From: Candidatus Methylarchaceae archaeon HK02M2
Lineage (GTDB): Archaea > Thermoproteota > Nitrososphaeria > Nitrososphaerales > JACAEJ01
Assembly (NCBI GenBank): GCA_024256165.1
Contig: JAKLZG010000027.1
Coordinates: 1-56,207, forward strand
Direction: 5' to 3'
DNA: 56,207 bases
The position numbers and the translations under genes were made by a program. Under the pieces are notes generated by a model. The model saw nothing but the letters and a program-made list of their open reading frames with translations, was not told the origin of the DNA and searched no databases. Positions 38,019 to 46,167 of the stretch are shown piece by piece. Within the stretch, counting starts at the first letter, position 1. The number at the start of each line of letters is the position of its first letter.

Positions 38019-39131
38019 ATGCCAGGCAACTTGCTTGGAGAAAGGTTCATAGTAGTTAGCTTCGGTGAGAGCCATGGTAGATGTGTAGGTTCAGTAATAG
38101 ACGGTTGCCCAGCAGGTTTACCATTAGGAGAGGGTGATATTCAGAAAGATTTAGATTTAAGGAGACCTGGTGTATCAACTACGGCAACTAAAAGATCTGA
38201 AAAAGATAAGGTGGAGTTACTCTCAGGAGTCTTCGAAGGATACACAACAGGTGCTCCCATATGTGCTTTAATCTGGAATAAAGATGTCGATTCTGAACCT
38301 TATAAAAAGATAAAGAAGATTCCAAGACCAGGACACGCAGATATTACAGCTTTCTGGAAGTATGGTGGCTATAATGATTGGAGAGGAGGGGGTAGGTTCT
38401 CAGGAAGGGTGACGGCGACGTTTGTAATAGCCGGGGCCATTGCTAAGAAACTCATCTCCTACATACTGGGAATTGATGTCTTTGCCTATTCTATCGAAAT
38501 AGGTGGAATTAGGGCAAAGGAAGTATCTGATGATGTGGCTAAAAAGTTTAGATATTCTAATGAAGTGAGATGTCCAGATTTCGAAGCTGCAAAGAAGATG
38601 AAATCAAAGATATTGGAAGAGCAGTCAAAAGGAGACAGTGTGGGTGGGATAATTGAATGTAAAGTATTAAACGTTCCGGTAGGCCTAGGTGAACCAGTAT
38701 TCTCCTCATTAGAGTCTGATTTGAGTAAAGCGCTATTCTCTATACCAGCTTTAAAAGGTATTGAATTTGGAGTTGGTTTTGAAGCATCAAGGTTAAAAGG
38801 ATCAGAATGTAATGATCCTTTTAGTGTAAAGGAAGGGAAGATCGTTACTATAACCAATAAGGCAGGCGGGATCCTAGGTGGCATTTCAAATGGAATGCCA
38901 ATAATATTTAGATTATCATTTAAGCCTAGTTCATCTATAAGCAAACCACAGAAGAGTATCAACCTTGATATCTTGAAAGAAGTTGATCTAGTCATTGTTG
39001 GTCGCCACGACCCATGTATCGTTCCAAGAGCAGTTCCTGTCGTTGAAGATATTGTAGCTTGCGTTATAGCAGATCATTCTATCAGGGCTGGTCTTATACC
39101 TCCTGTCCTAAACAATAATCCAATAGATTAG
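38019..39131 (+). CDS. aroC: chorismate synthase
   Basis: FGESHG, RPGHAD, GRHDPC motifs. Confidence 0.95.
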   Translation: MPGNLLGERFIVVSFGESHGRCVGSVIDGCPAGLPLGEGDIQKDLDLRRPGVSTTATKRSEKDKVELLSGVFEGYTTGAPICALIWNKDVDSEPYKKIKKIPRPGHADITAFWKYGGYNDWRGGGRFSGRVTATFVIAGAIAKKLISYILGIDVFAYSIEIGGIRAKEVSDDVAKKFRYSNEVRCPDFEAAKKMKSKILEEQSKGDSVGGIIECKVLNVPVGLGEPVFSSLESDLSKALFSIPALKGIEFGVGFEASRLKGSECNDPFSVKEGKIVTITNKAGGILGGISNGMPIIFRLSFKPSSSISKPQKSINLDILKEVDLVIVGRHDPCIVPRAVPVVEDIVACVIADHSIRAGLIPPVLNNNPID

Positions 39132-39141
39132 TGAGCTATAG

Positions 39142-40554
39142 TTGTCGGAACAATTAAAACTGGAGAGTTTGCGTGAGGAAGTTCAAGATATAACTATTGA
39201 TATAATAAAGCTTACAGGCAAACGCTTTAAGCTTACAAAAAAGATCGATAGAATAAAACGTTCTCTGAACTTGCCTATTGTGGACTATAAAGTAGAGAAG
39301 AATTTGAAGAGTTCAATTGTAGATGCTTGCAAGAAGTATAATGTAAATGAAATATTTGGATTAAGGATCTTGAATCTCTTGATAAAAGAGGCTGTGAGAA
39401 TGCAAAAAAGCAAGGACAAGGTTATGAAAGCTATTAGTATCATTGATATGTTTATTCTAGCTAAAAAGATGGAGAGGAAAGGATATTCGGTAATACATTT
39501 AGAGGTTGGTGAACCGGATTTTGGTCCTCCAGAGAGGGTTAAAAAAACAACGTGTGATTCAATAAAAGAAGGTTTTACCCACTATACTGAGCCTTCAGGG
39601 ATTCCAGATTTAAGAGAGGCGATCGTAAATTTTGTGAATGAACGTTACAAAAGAAAAATATCCCCTGAACAAGTAGCTGTGACATGTGGAGGGAGATTCT
39701 CAGTTTATGCAAGCATTTTAACAAAGCTTACATCAGGTGATGAGGCTATAGTGATACAGCCTGCATGGCCGGCTTATGTAGATTGCATAGAAGCTGTAGG
39801 AGGTAGAGCCATTTGCTTTAAAACAAAGCTTAGAGATGGCTGGAGACCTGATATTGAATCTTTATCAGAACTTGTTAACGATTCTACTAAATTAATCGTT
39901 ATCAACTATCCAAATAATCCAACGGGTAAAGTTCTTGAAAAACATGATCTAAAAGCTATTGTAGAATTGGCAAATGAAAGGAAGATAACTATCTTGAGTG
40001 ATGAAGTGTATTTGGATTATGCCTTCGAACCCTATAACAGCATCTTGGAGTTTCATAATTCCAAATCGATATACGTCTCGTCTTTCTCTAAAAGCTATGG
40101 CATGACAGGCTTTAGGATAGGTTATGCCATTTCGGATATTGAAACTATAAAAAAAATTTCTGGAATTCAAGCTTTAGCAGCGACAAGTGTGCCAGAATTT
40201 ATTCAATATGCAGCGATAAAGGCCCTCAAATGTAGGGATGACGTTAAAGAATACATAAATCTGATTAAAAAAAGAATTAAGTTAATATGTGAAGAATTGA
40301 AAAAGATAAATGTAAAATATTATGAACCTAAGGGAGCATTCTATATATTCCCTCAAATCAGTCAAAATGAAAATTTTGATATTATTAGCTTTTCCTTTGA
40401 TTTATTAAAAAAGAAAAATGTGTGTGTGGCGCCAGGTACAACATTTGGCGATTACCCAAACTACATTAGAATAAGTGCATGTCAAAAGGAGCACAAAATT
40501 TTAGAAGGATTGATGAGAATTGGTGATTTATTGTATGAAGGAAGCGGAATTTGA
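39142..40554 (+). CDS. fusion protein: AroQ chorismate mutase domain (about aa 1-95) plus class I PLP aminotransferase (about aa 100-470)
   Basis: The N-terminus aligns with remembered MjCM (LR..V..I...I..L...R......I...K....PI.D...E......LI.E....Q). The C-terminal part has GEPDFGPP, NYPNNPTG and SFSKSYGMTGFRIGY. Confidence 0.8.
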   Translation: MSEQLKLESLREEVQDITIDIIKLTGKRFKLTKKIDRIKRSLNLPIVDYKVEKNLKSSIVDACKKYNVNEIFGLRILNLLIKEAVRMQKSKDKVMKAISIIDMFILAKKMERKGYSVIHLEVGEPDFGPPERVKKTTCDSIKEGFTHYTEPSGIPDLREAIVNFVNERYKRKISPEQVAVTCGGRFSVYASILTKLTSGDEAIVIQPAWPAYVDCIEAVGGRAICFKTKLRDGWRPDIESLSELVNDSTKLIVINYPNNPTGKVLEKHDLKAIVELANERKITILSDEVYLDYAFEPYNSILEFHNSKSIYVSSFSKSYGMTGFRIGYAISDIETIKKISGIQALAATSVPEFIQYAAIKALKCRDDVKEYINLIKKRIKLICEELKKINVKYYEPKGAFYIFPQISQNENFDIISFSFDLLKKKNVCVAPGTTFGDYPNYIRISACQKEHKILEGLMRIGDLLYEGSGI

Positions 40555-40624
40555 GATGCTTCCCTCAATACCTATCTACGTTTGATATCTGATACCTAAA
40601 TTTTTGTTCCTGTCATTCCTGAAA

Positions 40625-41227
40625 TTATTCTATCTCTATACGCTTTCCCTTTGGAGTCGGTACTGCTTTCTTGAGTTTTACTTCTAAAATGCCATTAGTA
40701 TAAGATGCTTGAGCACTTTCTGGATCTATCTCTGAAGGTAGTTCGACCTTCTTATAATACTTTCGAGCTTCAGTATCAACAGAAATGGTTACAGTATTTT
40801 TAGCACAATCGAGTTTTATATCTGACTTTTCGACTCCAGGTAACTCTGCTACTACTTTTATCGAGTCTTCAACATCAAGTACATCTACTAAAGGCTCTCG
40901 TTGCTTTTTAACTTCCATCTTAGGCTTTCCAAAAGGAAATGTTGGAGAAGAAGGTCTGACATTACCGAACTCCCTAACAACAGGCTTACCATCTGGACCT
41001 ATTTTTACTGAATAACCATAGACAAACGGTCCAAACTCCTTAATCGTACGCCCATCAGGAAGTTTACGCTCTTTTGCTAAGTCTTCAGGAACTTGCGTTT
41101 CGATATCTTTAAAGATATCTTCAAACATCTTGTCTATATCCTCAAAGAATCTACTACTGAAGAATGGCCAACGCCAACGTCTTTTTACCCATTCATCAAT
41201 GTCTTCATCTCTAAACAAATCTCTCAC
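40625..41227 (-). CDS. small heat-shock protein (Hsp20/alpha-crystallin)
   Basis: VDVLDVEDSIKVVAELPGV...ASYTNGILEVKLKK alpha-crystallin domain. GTG start, W/R/F-rich N-terminal arm. Confidence 0.9.
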   Translation of the reverse strand: MRDLFRDEDIDEWVKRRWRWPFFSSRFFEDIDKMFEDIFKDIETQVPEDLAKERKLPDGRTIKEFGPFVYGYSVKIGPDGKPVVREFGNVRPSSPTFPFGKPKMEVKKQREPLVDVLDVEDSIKVVAELPGVEKSDIKLDCAKNTVTISVDTEARKYYKKVELPSEIDPESAQASYTNGILEVKLKKAVPTPKGKRIEIE

Positions 41228-41348
41228 AATAATATAAATGATAAAAGTTGTTTATATTCTTTATTTCTATGATTACATATAGTTAAATAAATAATAATAA
41301 TTAATTAGTATTTTTATGTATTTTAATATAGATTAGTCGGAGATTTTT

Positions 41349-42461
41349 TTGAAGAGAACAGGGTTCACTATACTCCCCTTGCATGGTGGACATGCGCCAA
41401 GATGGTTGCTCCTAAGAATGGAGAGACTATCAAAAGAAATTATATGGCTAATAGTCAATGAATATGGAACTCATGAACTCTTGAGAAGAATCTCAAATCC
41501 TTATTGGTTTCAAGCTTTGGGTTGTGTATTAGGATTTGATTGGCACTCATCAGGATTAACTACAGTTCTTACAGGCATTTTAAAAAGGGTTCTTTTAAAT
41601 GAAAATTTTGGGATAATGATGGCAGGGGGTAAAGGAAAAGCCTCTTTAAGAGCTCAATCTGAGATAGATTATATAGGTAAAAAATTTGACTTATCATCTT
41701 TTAAAATTGAAAGATTAAAGTATGCAAGTAAAATTTGTGCAAAAGTCGATAATGTAGCCATCCAAGCAGATTATAGACTATATCACCATGCATTTTTCAT
41801 AGTAGAGGAAGGAGAATGGTCTGTTATTCAGCAAGGTATGAATTTACAAGATAAAACCGCAAGGCGTTACCATTGGCTTTCTGAAAATGTAGAAAAATTT
41901 GTTGTTGAACCTCATGAAGCGATAGTCGGTGAGGTAAAAAGAAGATATGTGCTCAATATGACTGCAAAAGAAGCAGACGATAATAGAAAGACATGTGTGG
42001 ATTTGGTAAAAGGGAACCCTAACAACCTTATCTCGTCTATTAAAAGAATTAGTGCCCCTTGTACCTTGGACCTTTGGATTCCGGATCATAGCTCATTCAA
42101 GATTGTCAGAGGATTTTCGATGCCAAAGAAATTGAATTGGGAAATTTTTAAGAGATTGTATGATTTTCAGCCGAAAGACTATGAAGAGCTATTGACCTTT
42201 AAAGGCGTTGGACCATCTATTATTAAGGCCTTAGCTTTGATATCTGAATTGATTTATGGTAAGACAACCAGTTGGAGAGATCCTGTAAAGTATACATTTG
42301 CCTTCGGTGGGAAGGATGGAGTTCCGAGACCTATTGATAGAAGGGAGATGGACAGATCGATTAAGATACTTTTTCATGTTATTGAACAAACACAAGTAGG
42401 TCATCAAGAGAAGTTAGAGGCTATTAAAAGGCTACAAAAATTCGTTTTTATAAAAAATTAA
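41349..42461 (+). CDS. DUF763 family protein
   Basis: LPLHGGHAPRWLLLRM N-terminus typical of DUF763. HhH-like FKGVGPSIIKAL near the C-terminus. Confidence 0.65.
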   Translation: MKRTGFTILPLHGGHAPRWLLLRMERLSKEIIWLIVNEYGTHELLRRISNPYWFQALGCVLGFDWHSSGLTTVLTGILKRVLLNENFGIMMAGGKGKASLRAQSEIDYIGKKFDLSSFKIERLKYASKICAKVDNVAIQADYRLYHHAFFIVEEGEWSVIQQGMNLQDKTARRYHWLSENVEKFVVEPHEAIVGEVKRRYVLNMTAKEADDNRKTCVDLVKGNPNNLISSIKRISAPCTLDLWIPDHSSFKIVRGFSMPKKLNWEIFKRLYDFQPKDYEELLTFKGVGPSIIKALALISELIYGKTTSWRDPVKYTFAFGGKDGVPRPIDRREMDRSIKILFHVIEQTQVGHQEKLEAIKRLQKFVFIKN

Positions 42462-42462
42462 A

Positions 42463-43407
42463 TCAGTCCATAAAGCCTTTCACTACTTCAAGCCAAGCAG
42501 CAGCCACATTGTTCAGATTATAACCCCCACCACCCAGAGCGATTATTCTACCATCACAAAGTTCATGTGAAATAATATGTAATTTTTCTGTCGCATATCT
42601 ATGTGCTTCTTTTGTATAGCGCAGATGTGTAAGCGGATCATTACTTAATCCGTCTGCACCACATTGAAAAAAAATGAGTTCAGGTTTTACTTGATAAGAA
42701 AATTCTTCAACTTTGATAAATGCCTCCTTGAACTCCTCATCTCCTGCTTCAGGCTCTAAGCCGATATTCAACTTGGTTCCCTCCGCCTCCCCAGAACCTG
42801 TCTCATGGCTGAATCCAGTCCCAGGATAAAGGTAACTTCCATCTTCATGTATGTCTGCTGTAAATACAGTTGGATCTTCAAAGAACTCGTAACAAACACC
42901 ATCACCATGGTGAGCATCTATATCAACATAAAGAATCCGATCAAGACCGTATATCTTCTTTGCGTGATTTATAGCAATTGCAACATCGTTAAATACACAA
43001 AATCCAGCAGACCTATCTTTCCTAGCGTGGTGGTATCCGCCAATCGGGTTAAAAGCATGATCTATTTCTTTTTTCATAACCATTTCTAAACTCAATATAG
43101 TAGATCCTACAGAATAAGCCGATGCTTCATAGACCCCTTTATAAGCAGGGGTATCTCCCCTATCAAGGGCTCCAAAACCTTCTTTGGAGGCTTTCTTTAC
43201 AAAATTTATATGATCTTCTGTGTGAAAAAGGAGTAAAACATCTTCACTTGCTTTTTTAGGTTTGATAATCTTGATATTTTCTCTGTCAATAAAGCCTTCT
43301 TCTTTTAGTTTTTCCCAAAATGATTGGACTCTTTTACTATTCATTGGATGATTTGGGAAAGAATATTTTAAAGAGTCATCTCCCAAGATAATTCCAACAG
43401 AACACAT
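42463..43407 (-). CDS. histone deacetylase / acetoin-utilisation (AcuC) family deacetylase
   Basis: GGYHHARKDRSAGFCVFNDVA and DIDAHHGDG zinc/active-site motifs. Confidence 0.9.
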   Translation of the reverse strand: MCSVGIILGDDSLKYSFPNHPMNSKRVQSFWEKLKEEGFIDRENIKIIKPKKASEDVLLLFHTEDHINFVKKASKEGFGALDRGDTPAYKGVYEASAYSVGSTILSLEMVMKKEIDHAFNPIGGYHHARKDRSAGFCVFNDVAIAINHAKKIYGLDRILYVDIDAHHGDGVCYEFFEDPTVFTADIHEDGSYLYPGTGFSHETGSGEAEGTKLNIGLEPEAGDEEFKEAFIKVEEFSYQVKPELIFFQCGADGLSNDPLTHLRYTKEAHRYATEKLHIISHELCDGRIIALGGGGYNLNNVAAAWLEVVKGFMD

Positions 43408-43557
43408 ATCATAATAAACAAAGATGTAGAATTTAAATTTAAAGTTAAAATTTATTCTTTATTTATAATTCACAAGTTAATAATACACCCATTATTTATT
43501 CACTTTTTAAATAAAAATAATTAAATCTCGACATAAAGAAACCTATGTTGAGGGTAT

Positions 43558-43788
43558 ATGTCAAGAAAGGGAAGAACAACAAAATTACCAAGACTACTTA
43601 CAGAACCTAGAGACTATGTTGTCGTTTTTTTCGATGATGAAAAACACTACAACAAATTCAAGAAGGGGTTAAAAGAGTCAGTTGAGTTCTTAACAGAAGA
43701 AAAGCAAAATTCTTTTCTCCTATACCAAGGAAGATGGCTTAAATGTTTATTTGCCCACGGTGAATTAGATTCAAAAGAATTATTATGA
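43558..43788 (+). CDS. hypothetical protein (76 aa)
   Basis: ORF only; no family recognised. Confidence 0.35.
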   Translation: MSRKGRTTKLPRLLTEPRDYVVVFFDDEKHYNKFKKGLKESVEFLTEEKQNSFLLYQGRWLKCLFAHGELDSKELL

Positions 43789-44081
43789 ACTTGAGTTTGT
43801 TCACTAGTAATATAAAAAATGCATATCTAAGTCTAGAGTATATGCATATACTATATACAACAAAAAAGGCAAGGTTCTAAAGAAAAATTTAACCTTATGA
43901 TTTTATAACTAGCCATAACAGAAACAAAATCAATAATAGAAGGAAGTAATCTCTTTAATCGACAACCCATAAGTATTATTCTTGAACAGTTTCCGTTAAT
44001 CTTGTTATCTAAAGAGTTTTACCATTACGCCGATACTTTTTCACTTTAAAGGTGAAGTACGAAAGCTAATACTTAATCAAT

Positions 44082-44333
44082 ATGGAATTAATTCAATCTT
44101 TTGAAGATAAGAAAAAAGAGTTTGAAGTGAAGATACAAAACCTAGAAGCTGAAAAAGCTGCGCTAATCGAGGAGATACCACACCTGAGAGAGAACCTCAC
44201 ATTGCTAAAGTTAGAGCATCAAGCGACCTCATTAGAGAATGAAGTCTACGACCTAAAGGCGGAAAGAAGCGATCTGGAACAAGAAATAGCTAAATTCGCT
44301 AGACCACAGGGAACTGAACTTACTGCTATGTAA
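44082..44333 (+). CDS. hypothetical coiled-coil protein (83 aa)
   Basis: Heptad-like E/K/L-rich sequence. KIQNLEAEK resembles KVENLEQEK in the next ORF. Confidence 0.5.
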   Translation: MELIQSFEDKKKEFEVKIQNLEAEKAALIEEIPHLRENLTLLKLEHQATSLENEVYDLKAERSDLEQEIAKFARPQGTELTAM

Positions 44334-44351
44334 ATCAAAGTTTGTCGGCTT

Positions 44352-44801
44352 ATGCCCACTTGCCCTACTTGTCGCTCTAAAGTATTAGAGCCTCTTAAAG
44401 CTTGGCCTATAGTGGAGCCTCAAAAAAATGGTGAGATAAAGGATTACACAGTAGGGATCTACTGGTGTACTAAATGCAATACTAAGTTTCCTTTCGTATT
44501 GGGCAAACGGAGTCTAAAGTTAATCGAAACCAATACTTTAGTTGAGCTCCATAACAAGTTCAAGACTCTAGAAAAAAATAAGCAAGAGTTATTGCAAAAA
44601 GTCGAAAATTTAGAGCAAGAGAAGAGGGTGGCAGAGATGGGTCTCATCTTGACTAGACTAAAGGATAAGGCTGAGAACTTAAAAGTTGAAGTTTCCTTAC
44701 TTAAAAAAGTAAAAAATGATCTAGAAGGAATGATCCAATTTCTTGATAATACTCTCGCATCAGAGCCAAATAATTTAATTAAAAACAGTATAAGCCATTA
44801 A
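44352..44801 (+). CDS. hypothetical protein: N-terminal CxxC...CxxC zinc ribbon plus coiled coil
   Basis: CPTC (aa 4-7) and CTKC (aa 39-42), followed by about 90 aa of heptad-like sequence. Lies 18 nt after the previous ORF. Confidence 0.55.
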   Translation: MPTCPTCRSKVLEPLKAWPIVEPQKNGEIKDYTVGIYWCTKCNTKFPFVLGKRSLKLIETNTLVELHNKFKTLEKNKQELLQKVENLEQEKRVAEMGLILTRLKDKAENLKVEVSLLKKVKNDLEGMIQFLDNTLASEPNNLIKNSISH

Positions 44802-45157
44802 TTCTTATATGAGGGCCACCTTCTGAAATAAAGAAACCTTTCTCTATATTTGGGCGCAAGGTTGCCAACTTCCCTATAGCATCTACCATTTGAATCGCAC
44901 GTTTCATTCCATCAATAACCTTTAAGTGCCTAATACGTGTCCCGACCTCTTTTTTATTTATAAGATAAGCTATTTGGAATCAATTCAAATTTGCCATCTG
45001 ATGTATCAATTTCAGCCCTTATCGAACCTTTGATATATATTCCATTTCCTGTGTCTTTAAATATCTCATTCAATCTCCAATCAGAAGGCCCTATATACAC
45101 ATTGCTGACAGTCGGGCGGGGTATATGAGTGATTCCGTGAGCGTAAAAGGTCGGATA
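44779..45157 (-). pseudogene. relic of a TldD/PmbA-family gene: C-terminal ~125 codons only, with one frameshift
   Basis: Minus-strand frames read ..HIPRPTVSNVYIGPSDWRLNEIFKDTGNGIYIKGSIRAEIDTSDGKFELIP, then (+1) AYLINKKEVGTRIRHLKVIDGMKRAIQMVDAIGKL...EGGPHIRING. This parallels the C-termini of the intact tldD/pmbA at 7.7-10.5 kb. There is no N-terminal part and no ORF in the track. Confidence 0.65.
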
Positions 45158-45230
45158 TTAATTCTGTGCCTTATTATTAACAATAACAAATGTCAACTTT
45201 AAAGCTTAATAAGCCGATTGTGAGTTTTCT

Positions 45231-46028
45231 TTGAGAATAAGATTGGCAGATATTAAACCTGTAGATGAGACACTGATAACAAGAGCCATTATACAAAGAG
45301 CTTCAGAGGATTGGATTAACTTTTCAAAATGTGATGTAATAGTTGTAGGAGCTGGCCCAGCTGGACTTACAGCATCAATGTATCTTGCGCGAAGTGGATT
45401 AAAAACCCTAGTTTTAGAGAGGAGATTGTCTTTTGGTGGAGGAATAGGTGGAGGCGGAATGGGATTTCATAAATTAATCATTGAGAGACCTGCGGATGAA
45501 ATATTAAGAGAATTAGGTTGTAAATTAGAAATAGTTGAGGATGGTGTATATTTAGCTGATACTTCGGCAATGATAGCTAAACTGGCAACAGGAGCGATAG
45601 ATTCTGGCGCAAAGATAATTCTTGGCATAACTGTAGATGATGTAGTATACAGAGAGTCTCCATTTAAGATCATTGGCGCAGTAGTTCAATGGACGTCTGT
45701 TGTTATGTCTGGCCTTCATGTCGACCCTCTCCCAATTCGATCAAATGCTATCATAGATTGTACTGGTCATGATGCCGAAGTTCTAGCTGTGGTATCGCGT
45801 AAGATGCCTGAGCTCAATTTAAAGATATTTGGGGATAAGTCTTTGTGGGTTGATATGGGTGAGAGATTTACGGTTGAAAAGACTGGAGAAGTTTGTCCCG
45901 GACTTTATGCTGCTGGGATGGCAGTAGCTGCTTTACATCAGACACCGAGAATGGGTCCTATTTTCGGTGGTATGTTACTCTCAGGTAGGAAGGTTGCTGA
46001 ACTCGTCATAAAGAAGATAAAATCATGA
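45231..46028 (+). CDS. thi4: thiazole synthase Thi4 family
   Basis: DVIVVGAGPAGLTAS FAD motif, GLHVDPL, CTGHDAEV, PRMGPIFGGMLLSG. TTG start. Confidence 0.9.
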   Translation: MRIRLADIKPVDETLITRAIIQRASEDWINFSKCDVIVVGAGPAGLTASMYLARSGLKTLVLERRLSFGGGIGGGGMGFHKLIIERPADEILRELGCKLEIVEDGVYLADTSAMIAKLATGAIDSGAKIILGITVDDVVYRESPFKIIGAVVQWTSVVMSGLHVDPLPIRSNAIIDCTGHDAEVLAVVSRKMPELNLKIFGDKSLWVDMGERFTVEKTGEVCPGLYAAGMAVAALHQTPRMGPIFGGMLLSGRKVAELVIKKIKS

Positions 46029-46167
46029 TTAAAATAGGATCTATGATATCAATCAACCCTGAATTGATCTGTTACTCTGAATTAAAATGAAGTTATTAAT
46101 ATATCTAGAATATTTCTAATGTGATAAGATTTATTAATAAATATAGATAACCAATACCGAATAAAAA

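Noticed and set aside
43818-43849. ATGCATAT direct repeat 23 bp apart, the second copy inside a 12-bp perfect palindrome TATATGCATATA
   Set aside because: Short AT-rich palindromes of this length are expected many times in 56 kb. There is no second feature tying it to a function.
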